Origin: Pseudogymnoascus verrucosus
Taxonomy: Eukaryota
Length of the DNA: 64,000 bases
Strand: one strand, 5' to 3'
NCBI GenBank assembly: GCA_001662655.1
Contig: KV460224.1
Shown: positions 36,121 through 48,273 of the stretch, piece after piece
Layout of the letters: every line of letters begins with the position of its first letter
Numbering within the stretch: the first letter of the stretch is position 1
Notes under the pieces: generated by a model
The model's database searches: none
What the model was told of the DNA's origin: nothing
The model's input: only the letters and a program-made list of their open reading frames with translations
Program-made: the position numbers and the translations under genes

Positions 36121-37533
36121 AATGTAGTATTCAGGCGGGTGCTTAGAAATTTTGATAGGATGATGGAACTAAACAGATATTGTACTCGAGGGAACTTGCG
36201 TCCTTTTATAAGCATTCTATATCATGGGGTAATTGTCTAGCTTTCCAAAATGTCGCTTTCGGTGGTTCTATTTCATCGTACGCACGTCTACACAAGATTG
36301 CGGTGCATGGAATGATCTACATCTTCAACTAAAGTAAAAATCAAAGCAACCAATTACGAGGTGTGATACATGGCTGGGGATGAGACATTTCAAGCCCAAG
36401 ATATCAATACGAAGAGGTGGATTAACTACATGATTGCACCCAAATGATAACCTTCTTGGGGGCGGACCGTAACTTGTATGCTGGCTGACCTGATCCTTCG
36501 CCGAAGGATCATTATAATGCTGATCTAATTCACACAAGAGCAGGGGTACACAGCTCAAACCAACTGGGTTAACCCAAAGGGGTAGCTGACGAACCTAGGT
36601 TGACATCTTGGCGTACAAACCTAACCTACTTTAGCAGAGGCTCCGAGTGAGCTGCCCCTACGTTAAGTTAATGTTCACCTAAAGCTCCACATCGGCTGAC
36701 CTAACCCCGGACGGGATTTGGCGTTTTTACCTTCTTCCACGCCTTACCGCCACATATGGCTCGAAACGGCCTTGCTAAGCATCTCTGCATTACCAAATGT
36801 ATGAGCACAGGCCCCTACATGCGAGGTATTTCATCTTATTTTATACGAGCACAAAGCGGTTTTCCCCTGTGGCCTCATAAACATTATGATTTATCTACAG
36901 GACTACTCGTGTTACTGCTCTCGGCGGACTATTTCCCCAAAATGATTTCAACGGTAGGACATAGAATGTAATACCAGAATATCTACGGCGCGAGATCTTC
37001 CTGGGTTTGACGATTGAGACGAGCTGGAGACCTCGGAGTTAGGGACATGAGTTACTCTGGTGCCCCACGGGTCGGAGGCCAGACAAGGGCAATGGAGCGG
37101 ATTGGCTTTGCCGGTTTTGCGGCCTTTTTGGTTTATAGTGCTCCATAGAGATAGTTGTCCATAATTGTGGGCCAGAAACCACGTATTAATCACTCCACTG
37201 GTCGAAATCTAGCATTTTGAGTTGGCAGAGACGCTGGGAACATAGATCCAGCGGAGAAAGAGCTGTCTAGGCATAATGGGAAGGTCGCTCTTGTGATATA
37301 TTGGAACCCACTCAATGATGTGAAAAATTATATCGTCAGGGATTTTGTTGATGGATTAAGTCTTTGGGAATACTAGCTGATCTTGAGACATCGCCAGGAA
37401 TTCTTCCCAAAACCGATGTTGATGAGAGCTTGTCGCCTAATTATAGTTTTAGTGCCAACCGGAAAATCATTTCGCCATTGCCCGACATCGGGTGTGTGTG
37501 GGGTATGGGGTTCAGATGAGGGGTAAAAAGGTA

Positions 37534-39373
37534 ACGTATTTCACATACGAGTGGCGCACACAAACGAGTGGCGCACCAAAACACCAAAATGTGACTATTA
37601 CTACTACTATACTACCACCACCCTACATAATGACCCTTATTCCATTGCAATTGATTCCTAGCGCCTCTCGCACGTACGAGCATTATGCCCCATATTACCA
37701 CATGTGCCACATCGCCGCTGTCGGCCTGTAGAACCCTCCTGCCGAGTAGTCTCACTTGCTACCTCCGTACGGACTTGAGCATCAACCTCAGCACTCTGAA
37801 GTATATCCTCTGCATCTCGTACGGAGAGACTGCCCCCTTGCATTATACGCCTCTTACGCTTCCTTTCCCTCCTCTTTTTCTGTTCATTTGCAGCCTGTAG
37901 AGCCTTAACTTCTGCCTTAAGTAGAATAGCAGAATGCATCATCATTTCCGCCCCTTTAACAAGGCAGCTAACAGCATCATTAATTGAGGTAGGAGAGCTG
38001 TTCTAATGTTGTACAATGCGGTTCTTAATGTGCTCTGTTTGAAAGTTAAGCTCCCTTATAGTTTGAGGAGTCTTTGAGGTCTAGTTGTTACTCTCAACTA
38101 TAGGAGGGGTTGGAGTCCTTAAGTGTAGATTCAAGTGAGAGAGGACATTCTGCGGCTCGTACGGAACTAGCCCTATAGCTCGGAATCCGCTCTTAATGTT
38201 CTGCTCTATAAATGTAGCTTTGAATGCTTCTTTAAATGCAGAGAGGAACTTAAGCTTTGTGATATGGTTTAGCCTATTCCGTACGAAGGTTTCAATCTAA
38301 CGTCCGTACGAAAGCTTTAGCGGAGTAAAGCAGCTAACGTCAAGTGGTTGAAGAATGTGCGAGGAGTGTAGTGGCATATAGAGGGTGATTATCTTCCGTT
38401 CTATACAGTAGTGTTGAAATTGAGCAGAGAGGTGGCTCTCATGTCCGTTAAGAATAAGAAGGCGATAGGTTCCAATCGTACGAGCATTTGTATGTTGATC
38501 GAAGTGTTGAATCCACTTGTACCCAATTGAATTTGAGGTCCACCCATTCTCACTTAGTGTAATCACCTAATTGTCTAGCAATCCCGAGTCCTCATACCAT
38601 GTAGAGAGGTGATTCTACGCCTTAAAAATAATGAACGGCGGGAGTGCCCATCTGTACGAATTGACACCTTAGATAATTGACACCCACTCTCTATTCCCTA
38701 GCTGTATAGTCTTTAGACGGCTCTTTGCTTCTAAGCTTGTGACTACCTTTGCAGTAGCAATAACTCCCATTGCGAAACCTGCTTCATTAAAGTTATAGAT
38801 ATCCTGCTCTAGAATTCCATATTTTGCAACTGTGTTTCGTACGAGGGAGAAGCACCCTTTAATTATCTTTAGATCTTCACATTTTGCTCGTTTATAATCG
38901 TACTTCTGACTAAACTTTGCTTTGATTTCCGTACGGCGCTTTATAAAGTTTGTAGTCTAGTTCTTCCCAACAGGGCCCTCGCCTCGTTTAGAGAGTAGAA
39001 GGTCAGCCATTTCTTGCACATCTTGCGGCTAGGGCGGAAATCCACGCGAATCTAGGTCGAGGATATACTGAACAAGAGCTGACTCTTCGTACGGAGTCAA
39101 TTTTTGTAAGTTAGGGGTAGAGTCGCGTCGAGAAATACCACCACGGGCGCGTCGTCTAAGTGTTGTTTCAGGGACATCGTACGACATTGCAGCAGCTCGA
39201 ACACTTTGAATATGGCCTTCTTTAATTGATTGAATAGCTAGAAGTATCCTACCCTCTTGATTAGAGGACTTAGGTTGAGTTGGTGGTGCCATTGTTTATG
39301 TAAGTAAGTTGACGCGTTTTTGGTGTTTTGGTGCGCCACTCGTTTGTATGCGCCACTCGTATGTGAAATACGT
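37534..39373 (-). mobile_element. Full-length Fot1/Pogo-type (Tc1-mariner) DNA transposon, 1840 bp, RIP-inactivated
   Basis: 56-bp TIRs (ACGTATTTCACATACGAGTGGCGCAC..., 37534-37589 and 39318-39373, one mismatch) with TA target duplications at 37532-37533 and 39374-39375. Confidence 0.95.
37658..39292 (-). pseudogene. Fot1-like DDE transposase pseudogene
   Basis: HTH start (SVRAAAMSYDVPETTLRRR), DDE core (SENGWT, RLLILNGHESH, SSHILQPLDV) and C-terminal CxxCxxxGHxxxxC knuckle. Multiple in-frame TAG/TAA stops. Confidence 0.92.
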
Positions 39374-39670
39374 TACCCCAAAAGCCCTTTAGAGATAATT
39401 TACAGAATTTATGGAATGATACTTATTATATAACCACATAAATAAATAACTGAATCCTAATGTATCGCTCGAATATTGAACAAATTAAGTAGAACGCCAC
39501 TGAAAGTGATTGTTAGGAACTCAAAATCATAATATAATTCCATTGCCAGTAACTGCCGATATATGGGGCTGACTGGTGCTAGTGAGTTGTCACAAATATG
39601 GGGAACGAATCCTCTATAAATACTAAAAGTTGACGACTTTATAGGCACAAACATACATCGCACTGTAAAT

Positions 39671-41019
39671 ATGGCAAAAATTAAGACTGTTGAGTACTTC
39701 CGCCTTCCGCCTCGGTGGCTATTCGTGAAAATAGTAGACGAAGATGGCAATGCGGGGTGGGGAGAAGCAAGCCTGGAGGGTCACACACAGGCGGTCGAGG
39801 GATGTCTCGACGCATACAGATCGAGAGTAATTGGCATGGAGGCAGAGTATGCACCAGCAACTAAACGCAGTATAGACTGAAGAGTGTTATTAACTATTTC
39901 TACAGTGACATCGAGCATATCTGGCAGCTTCTTTATCGCTTCGGCTTCTACAGAGGCGGCCCAGTCTTGATGAGCGCCCTATCTGGCATTGACATAGCGT
40001 TGTGGGACCTGAAGGCTAGAAAACTCAATGTCCCAATTTACCAATTGCTCGGGGGCAAGGTCCGAGACACTATCAAAGTGTATGCCTGGATCGGTGGCGA
40101 CCGTCCCGGCGACGTGGAAATCCAAGCGTAAGTATCTCCATCGTACCAATGGCCTCCCTCAGCGCTAACTACGAACAGCAAAGCCAGAAAGGCCCAGGGC
40201 TTTACAGCAGTCAAAATGAATGCCACCGAAGACCTCGGTTGGATGGACTCTCCATCCGCCCTCGCCAGCTGTGTTGAGCGTGTCAAGGCTGTGAAGGCGC
40301 TCGGCCTCGATGCTGGTGTCGACTTCCATGGCCGTGTGCACAAGCCGATGGCCAAGCAGCTCGCACGCCTTCTGGAGCCCCACCAGCCAATGTTCCTCGA
40401 GGAGCCACTGCTGTCGGAGAACATGGAGGGCATTAAGGAGATCAGCCGGCTGACGACGGCGCCGATTGCTCTGGGCGAAAGGTTGCATTCGAGGTGGGAT
40501 TTTAAGAGATTCCTCGAGGCGGGCGCTGTGGATATTGCGCAGCCGGATATCTCGCATTGTGGAGGGATTTCAGAAATGAGGCGAATTGCGACGATGTGTG
40601 AAGCTTATGGTGTGTAAATATCCCGTGCCGGCTCAGATCTCGACTCCGAATCCCCCAGTGTATGAAAGTCTCCGATGCTCGCATACTGACTACTTCACAT
40701 AGACGTGGCGCTGGCACCCCACTGCCCTCTTGGACCTATTGCTCTCGCAGCGAATATCCAAGTCGATGCGGTTTCTGCAAACTTTGCTATCCAGGAGATG
40801 AGTCTTGGGATCCACTACAACGCCGGGAGCCAGGACCTGTCTAGCTACACAACTAACCCGGAGGTTTGGGACGTCAAGGATGGATACATTGGGTTGCTGA
40901 AGGGCCCTGGGCTGGGGATCGAGATTGATGAGGACATGGTGAGACGTTTGAGCGTGGATGCCGAGGCATGGGTCAGTCCTGGGTTTGTGGGACCCGGGGG
41001 CGAGGTGAGAGAATGGTAG
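39671..41019 (+). CDS. Galactonate dehydratase-like enzyme (mandelate racemase/enolase superfamily, DgoD-like), 3 introns
   Basis: [71 protein letters not shown]. Confidence 0.9.
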
Positions 41020-41076
41020 ATATGCGAAACTGGGAAACTGCGGTATGCCTGGCAGCATGATATAGTAATTCATTGT

Positions 41077-41385
41077 CTATATCTTGAACGTGAAATCACA
41101 GGCCAAGTATGTCCCTCCATAATTGGAAGACAGAATAATCTGCCAAACTACAAGGAGCCCATTAGACTCGACCACAAAGTCGAGTCTAATGGGCTCCTTG
41201 AACGAAGGTGCAACTTTATTCGCTTTTATTAAGTGGTTTGGACAGTAGCTGCGGGAGGGGATTCGTTTTTCATCAGTGGTGCTACACTGAAGAACGGATT
41301 GGACCTCATATCTCTCGTCACATTGACGGAATTCGCCCTTCTGGACGTATCCGCACGTGTAGAGATATAAATCGCGAGAGCACAT
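41077..41385 (-). CDS. Small Cys-rich hypothetical protein (MC..Y.CG..C..C..C..H pattern); 3' end uncertain
   Basis: ATG ORF MCSRDLYLYTCGY...RQCD...QC...YCPNH, a spacing I associate with small fungal proteins; not confirmed. Confidence 0.4.
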   Translation of the reverse strand: MCSRDLYLYTCGYVQKGEFRQCDERYEVQSVLQCSTTDEKRIPSRSYCPNHLIKANKVAPSFKEPIRLDFVVESNGLLVVWQIILSSNYGGTYLACDFTFKI

Positions 41386-41691
41386 CTCTTCAGGATCCAG
41401 AATAAGGTGTCGGGGGGTCTAGAAGAAGAAAAAGATGGATAAATCTTCTTGCTCAAGTGTGAATACTTGACAGGTGTACAACGCGTTTGCTCACCCTGCG
41501 TTTACGCGTTACAGTGTCTGATTTAGGCCTGAGGCACTAATATAGAATCTGCGAGAAAGTTAGGCCAGGGAAAGGCCTCAGCTCAGAAGTAAAAGCGACA
41601 AAGCATCATCGTCGTATATGCACCTACCGACACTTTGATATAAAGGTTCTCATAATACCATCTCTACATATACGCGCATCTTTATATTCTA

Positions 41692-43836
41692 TCAGTCAAT
41701 CCGGATAACTACGGTGCCTTTCCCCCCTTTTACCCATTGGGGTCTCTTGCCAGGAAGCGCGACCCAGCCTTTGGTGCCATGCGGCGTATCCCACACAACT
41801 GTGACTTTTTTCTTTTCAACCTTGAATTTCGCGAAAAACTTGCCGAGGCTTGTGGTAAATCCGGCCTCAGCTGTCGAGAGATGGGTAAATGTGGCTGGTG
41901 TCAACTCCCATTCCTCCCCGCCAGGCTTGGTGACTGACAACCCAACTATATACTCCGTGAGCGCAGAGGTAGGGCCGCTGCTCCAGCCATGGGCGTGCGA
42001 TGTATAAGAGGGATCGTTGCGATATCCACGATCGCCGCGGTAACCAAACGTGCCATCCAACAGATAACCCTCGATAACAGTCGATTCTGTGCCATTCGGG
42101 TTGCCGAGGTACCAGCCCCAAAGCGTTCTCATCAACTCCAGTGCTCTATCTGGTCTCCCGGCTTGGAAATGGCCTTCTACTTCAATGCTAGATATAAATG
42201 GCGATACATTCTTGGGAAGCTCTGGGCAAATGGGACCGATTGGGGTCCAGTTATTCGCCAGGTAGTCCGAAACGCGTTTTGCGTAATTGCCCTTTGGTGG
42301 GACGACCGAAAACGCGATTGCCATGCTATTTGCATCTTGGGGGTATAGCGATATATTTGATGGGCTGTCTTTGAAAGCACCGCGCGTATCGTTCCAGAAT
42401 TGTTCCATGATTGCTACCTGCAGATTGTCTGCCTTCTCGGTGTATTCAGCTGTGATGTTGGTTTTCAGTAATTCAGGTGCCCAAGACGTCAGAGCGGCGC
42501 CAGTTCGTAGTGTTCGGTAAAGCCTTGATGTAAGGCATCAGCATTTTTCACGTGTACGGAAATCTAGAATACTACTTACAGCATACTTGCTGAGCTGGCT
42601 TCGGTATTATATGTCCATCTGCCCCAGTCACCCTGGCCTGTGGCGTTCATGATGCCTGCTGGTGTTACCTTGTCATAGACAAATTTCATGGCTTTTAGGT
42701 AGCGAGGCCAGTTCTGTGTGAGGAATTCATAGTCCTTGGTATACAAAATATAGTTATATGTACCAATCATAGTCCACATGTGGTAGGCTAACGAGAATTA
42801 TCAGCATTGACGAAACGAGGAACTGGGATCTGGAGTCCACATACTGTCACTATCTGAACTCAAATATGGGGGCCCTGCCTTGGGCAAGGCACCGCTTGTT
42901 AACTAAACCGTGTAAGTAAAACATATGTGTATAAGTAGGCATCTGCAGGATGCTCACCTGATTGCTCCAGATAACCTGGAGTGCATTTTTTGTGCTTTCC
43001 ATGTCGCCAGTGCTCACAAAAGAGCTCGGCACGGCAACCCCCATGTCTCCTATCCAGACCCATCTATCACGTTTTGCTCCATCAAGAAGAACAGTATCCC
43101 CTGGGCCACAGGTTACGTCGTTCAGCCAACCGCTTTTGAGGTTCGTAGTGTGGCGACAGGTATTAGCCGGTGCTGTATTACTCTGTAGTGTATAAGCGCC
43201 AGCGTACCATATCTTATTGAGAGGCTCATCATTGCTGTGAAAGTAGCCCTGGTAGGCTCTCAAGTCTGACCATGTCGGCTGGAAGCTGAGTTCAAGACTG
43301 ATACCATTTATCTCAATTGTAGTACCAGCTAAAGCATCAGAAAATACTGTTAAATATCGGAAGCCGCCACGTAAATGCGTATCATTCATAACGTACGATC
43401 CACGGCCAGCAGAGGTGATATTGGTGACTAAGGCACCATCTGCTCCAGAACCGCCATTGGAATTATCAGACTTTCGGCCAATCCACTGCTTCCCTTCTGT
43501 GAATGCGAGCCCCAGAGTTGCAGAAGGGCCATGGAGCGTGTAGTTAATTGTTATAATTCCTCCAACCTCGAGGCCAAAGTCAAAAACCACGCCTTGCCCA
43601 TCATTGGTCTGGAGGGAAATATTAGAACCGGCTATGTATTGCGAAACAATGTCTCCGAGCGGCAGCGAAAGAACAGACTTTGGAATGAGTGTCCGGGACG
43701 CTGGGGCAAATATGTTAGACTCCCACGGGCCCGGGAATGACGTGCGAGAAGGGCCTGCACATGGCGTATCCCTCCAGCATGAAGCAGCAAAGGCTGTGGC
43801 TGTGAGGATTTGCACAATGCACATAGACAGTAGCAT
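41692..43836 (-). CDS. Secreted alpha-L-rhamnosidase-like glycoside hydrolase (GH78-type six-hairpin)
   Basis: Signal peptide; FDFGLEVGG, LRGGFRY, LNKIWYAGAYT, DGAKRDRWVWIGD, YHMWTMIG, SPFIS, SHAHGWSSGPT. About 3 introns. Confidence 0.88.
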
Positions 43837-44369
43837 TCTGGCCAGAGCTGGGCGATTGAGATATGCGACTTTGAACTATGGGAGAAAGATCTGTCTTGCG
43901 TGTCAGCTACCGTCCCGAGGAAAAAAACATTCGCAGGCGCAGGATACCATTTTCATGAAATGCAACTGCCAAGTTTGAGTTCGGGCACCGGGATACCAGA
44001 ATCCGACCTTCGGTATAAGTGCTGTGTCATTGCAACAAAAAACACGGTCAGTTGTTCGGCTAAACCACATTCGCCGGGGCTACGATGCGGCACTTGGTAG
44101 AGCAACCAATTAATTTCCGCTGGCCCGATCATATCTTCCAGCAGAGCGGTGGTATGTATTTAGAGTTAATGGGCTTCTATGGCGAGCATAGTTACTCCTT
44201 TTCGTTGCTGGTGGTACCCCACATCCCCCACACCTCGCTACAATGCGGGGTTCATGTCAAGCTGCGGTACTCGGGTAACCTTAGATCTCCTCCGCAATCC
44301 AAGTCCCCTAGCGCCATTACAGAGCTAAAACCACTTTGACGCCAGGCGCAAATTTAGATGCCCATTTCT

Positions 44370-44378
44370 TCCTCCAAT
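44370..44378 (+). promoter_or_regulatory. GARE-like galacturonic-acid response element (TCCNCCAAT)
   Basis: TCCTCCAAT lies ~220 bp upstream of the GH28 ATG, in the divergent rhamnosidase/GH28 promoter. Confidence 0.5.
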
Positions 44379-44599
44379 TACATGGCCAATTACATGTTAG
44401 GGAGGCGCTATTCGGTGCTATAACCTGCTTGGTATTCTTGGAAATGTAGCCTTCGGCGCCACTGTCAGACTCGAATATCAAAGGTCGGCTGAACATGTAC
44501 CGAGTGTAGAATATAGGTGTCGAGCTTGGTACCCGCTGAGAATCTAATGTTAAGTGTTTATTGAACGGTGTCTATTGTGACTGCCCTCTTTTCAGTATT

Positions 44600-46118
44600 A
44601 TGCTCACTCCATTGCCTTTTCTCGCGTTGTGGGCGCTTGCAGCTCCCATAGTCACTGCTGCAGCCACTACCACGAGGGGACCTGGCGTTCATGTATCGAC
44701 TGTCCATGGCCATCATACTTGCACCGTCTTGCCTCGAGGTAATAAAAAAGATGATGCTCATAACATTCGTAAAGCATTCGAAAAGTGTGCTCGTGATTCA
44801 ACAATCGTCTTCCCAGACGATCAAGTTTACTGGATAGGGGAGAAGGTCCATGCAGCTCTGCACAATGTCAAAGTCGAATGGCGGGGCAAGTGGCTGGTTT
44901 GTTCCCCTTTCTCTTCATATCAATAGAAGCTGTTTTCGAATTATCAACACTACAGTTTTCCGATGATACTTCGTATTGGCGCCAGAATTCATACTACATC
45001 GCCTTTCAAAACCATCGGGCTGGCTTCATTCTGTCGGGGGATAATATCCACGTAGATGGATACAATAGCGGAGGCATCAATGGCAACGGAGATGTTTGGT
45101 ACGATGAAGACAAGGGCAAATCAACAGAAGGGCGTCCCATGGTATGTTTTGGAAGTACAGCACCTGATATGGCGAATTCATTCTAACGCCCCTATCACAG
45201 CCATTTGTGCTATGGAATATCACGGATTCTTCTGTGGACAATTTTTTTGTCAAGCAGCCACAGTTTTGGGCTATCAATATTATGAACGGCACCAACCTGT
45301 CGTTTGAAAACATCACCAGTAGCGCAGTCTCAAATAACGCACCAGCGGGATCTAATTGGGTTCAAAATGCTGATGGGTTTAGTAAGTACACAGTCTTCCT
45401 CATGTTTGCCAATTAGGCTGGTCATATCTAATATTATCACCTGTAGATACAATGGATGCACACAACATAACTCTGAAGAACTTCTTATACCAAGGCGGTG
45501 ACGACTGCGTCGCTATTAAACCGCGTTCTTTCGATATAACCATTGACGGCATTACCTGCGAAGGAGGCAATGGTATCGCAATAGGTAGTCTTGGTCAATA
45601 TCTTGAGGACAACTCGGTTGAAAACGTCACAATAAACAATGCTAAGGTGGGCCCCAAATACTTCTATCGCTGAGAACATATCATCTAATTAACTACAGAT
45701 GGTTCGGTCTGGCTTTCCTATGCGATGGTGTGTCTATATTAAGACCTGGATGGGCGACCTTGTTCCACAGACATCCTACGAAAGCGAAGGCCAACCACGC
45801 GGTGGCGGCTGGGGCAAAGTAAGAAACTTGCTTTTCTCCAACTTTGAACTCGTTGGTGTGGAGCGTGGTCCATACATTACCCAGGACAACGGCGGCAACG
45901 CCGAGAATAAAGGTACGAGCAAGATGGAAATATCCGACATTACGTTCCGTGGCTTCACGGGGACGCTTAGTAGCACGTCCGGACGTTTGGGCGAAATTAG
46001 CTGCAGCAAGAATCTCCCGTGTTATAATATCTATTTTGAGGATATAGACCTACAATCGGCCTCGGGTACTTGTCATTGGACAAAGAGCGGTACCATATTT
46101 GGCTTGCCGGGTTGCTAG
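44600..46118 (+). CDS. GH28 exo-(rhamno)galacturonase-like enzyme
   Basis: Signal peptide; KKDDAHNI, NADGF/DTMD, GDDCVAIKP, GNGIAIGSLGQY, YIKTW. 4 introns. Confidence 0.9.
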
Positions 46119-46694
46119 GAGACAATGCAAGAGAATGCATTGTTTATTTACCACGAGGCATTGGGATAATTTCAATATAGGAAGCTACAACCATGATGTT
46201 TACAACGACGAGGTTTTTTGTGTGATAACACCATGATTTCATTATCTAATAGGGTATATAACTATAACTAATATACTAGCATTGCTCCTGGCTACTACCA
46301 AGCTGCCATCGGTGCAGTTTGCGATGCATATGATCCATCCGAGATCAGCACGCGGCCAGAGCATTCAGCTCCATTCCCCATCCCAAGCATCTTTAAAGGG
46401 TATCCTAGACTACACATCTCAATCCAGAAGAAGACCTGAAAATACAGGCGTAACCTTCCAAGCAATTATCATTATAATTTAATAACACAAGGCAGATGCC
46501 AGAGACGGCCAGCCCTGGTCGCGAGCCACAATCGAATGTCTTTCATCAGTCGTATCCAGCTTGAAGTGGATTAACCGTCGCAAAAGCGATGCTAGCGGTG
46601 GCAGCATGTTCGGTGATTGGTGCAAAATAACTGCCTGCCTAGCAAACAGCTTGATTTCGTCGCACATTCCTTTCCCTCTACTTAAACTGAACAA

Positions 46695-47759
46695 TCAATT
46701 GCCGTGCTTCGAAAAGTAGCGCTGCATATTCCCCTTTTGTTCTCGCCACAACTTCCGCAGATCTTGTGGCCCAGTTTTCCAGAATTTTTCGTGCAGTGTT
46801 ACCACGTGCCCTTCAACATCTCCAGAATTTGGCCAAGTGGCGCTCCATTTGTAATGCATCTCTCTCCAAGGCATCGGGCCGTCTCGTCGGAAGGCGTAGT
46901 TGAGGAGGCTCTGCTCCATAGTATGGGGATCAAAGCGGCGATAATGTTTCAAAATTGACAGAAAATAGTCAAATAGCTCTTGAGAAGGTGCTGCTATCCA
47001 AAAGCCGGCGCTGAAGACTTCAGTGTTCAATGGCGGAAATGGATGGCGACGTTCGCCAGTGAATTGGTTGTCAGATCTCGCGGCGAACATATACTGCGCT
47101 GGTAACGGTGCTTCGTCTGCCCGTCGTACGCGATGAGAAAGCGTCTGCGCAGGCCTCTGAACTTCAAGCTCGTTGAATATCTCATCCAACTTTCCTCTAA
47201 TCAACGTGTCTGCATCAACGAACAATAGCCGATCATACTGAGTCATCTCAAACAATCGCAGCTTGAGAAATTGGTCTTTCCATCTTGTGACGCCAGTGCT
47301 GACCCACCAACTGAGAGGAATATCTTTTGCTTCAACCACCACAGCACCATCTGCGGTCAGCTGATCTCTGGTGTACTTGGGCACGTTTGGCGTGACCAGA
47401 ACGACAAAGTCGACAGAAGCGTTGCAGCGCGTCTCCTCAGCGTGCAGAAGTTGGTATGCAAGAACACGTGTGGCAATGTTGTAAGGGTTTGAGTCCAAAT
47501 CCTTGGCGTTGAGTGATTTTTTATTTCCCCCTGTGAGGAACGTGGCGATTGCATATTTCGACTCCGATGTAGTGTTTCTCACAAGGCCGAACTCAGGGTC
47601 AATCAATGGCGGTCTCCGACATGAAGATAAGAAAAGCCAAAGCAAAGTAAGGGTAACCACAGCAATAGTGGCTTTCCTGCGCAAATAGAATGCTCGAAAT
47701 ACCAGGCGCAGCGAAGCCTTCAACGCCAGAAAAGGTTGTGTCAGCATGGCTTTGGGCAT
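46695..47759 (-). CDS. Glycosyltransferase family 8 (Gnt1/glycogenin-like), type II membrane protein
   Basis: N-terminal TM; YAIATFL, KLRLFEMTQYDRLLFVDAD (DxD), FSAGF, EQSLLNY, LHEKFW. Confidence 0.88.
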   Translation of the reverse strand: MPKAMLTQPFLALKASLRLVFRAFYLRRKATIAVVTLTLLWLFLSSCRRPPLIDPEFGLVRNTTSESKYAIATFLTGGNKKSLNAKDLDSNPYNIATRVLAYQLLHAEETRCNASVDFVVLVTPNVPKYTRDQLTADGAVVVEAKDIPLSWWVSTGVTRWKDQFLKLRLFEMTQYDRLLFVDADTLIRGKLDEIFNELEVQRPAQTLSHRVRRADEAPLPAQYMFAARSDNQFTGERRHPFPPLNTEVFSAGFWIAAPSQELFDYFLSILKHYRRFDPHTMEQSLLNYAFRRDGPMPWREMHYKWSATWPNSGDVEGHVVTLHEKFWKTGPQDLRKLWREQKGNMQRYFSKHGN

Positions 47760-48273
47760 GCGCAAAACCCCTGCGCAGGGCTATAAAACAGCAAAAACGA
47801 TAAGAGCGCAGCTTTGTGAAATGATTCCAAAGGGACTGAGACAAACTTGGCGTATGGGTCTTATAGGGCTAAAAGCCAAGACCACCAAGATCAAACAAGC
47901 AATTTGTTTCCGTGTGGCATGTACAGATTTCGTGTCAGTCAAATGTTTAGCGCTGTCTTGGCCAAAACAGACTAGCGCCGCGGCACGCGGTTGCGCTCCT
48001 TCCTGCCCCGGAAATCCCACAAAAACCAGGAACAACGCTAACTTAGCTAGGGTCACCAAGCGAGACTACCCGTTTTAGTGGTTTTAGTTGTTTTAGTACG
48101 GTGTCAGGGGTTTACCATAGATCCGACGATTTTACAGCTCCATCATAAATCGACAGTTGTGTTAAATAGAATTGAATACTATAGTATATATCTTTTAAAC
48201 TATACTATAAACTATAGACTATAAACTCTATAGTGTGCTGTTACATATAAAACCTCTCCTATCATGGTCGCGC

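Noticed and set aside
37240..37440. F-box-like fragment (SINKIPDDIIFHIIEWVP) on the minus strand next to the transposon
   Set aside because: Short, bounded by stops, with no supportable gene model.
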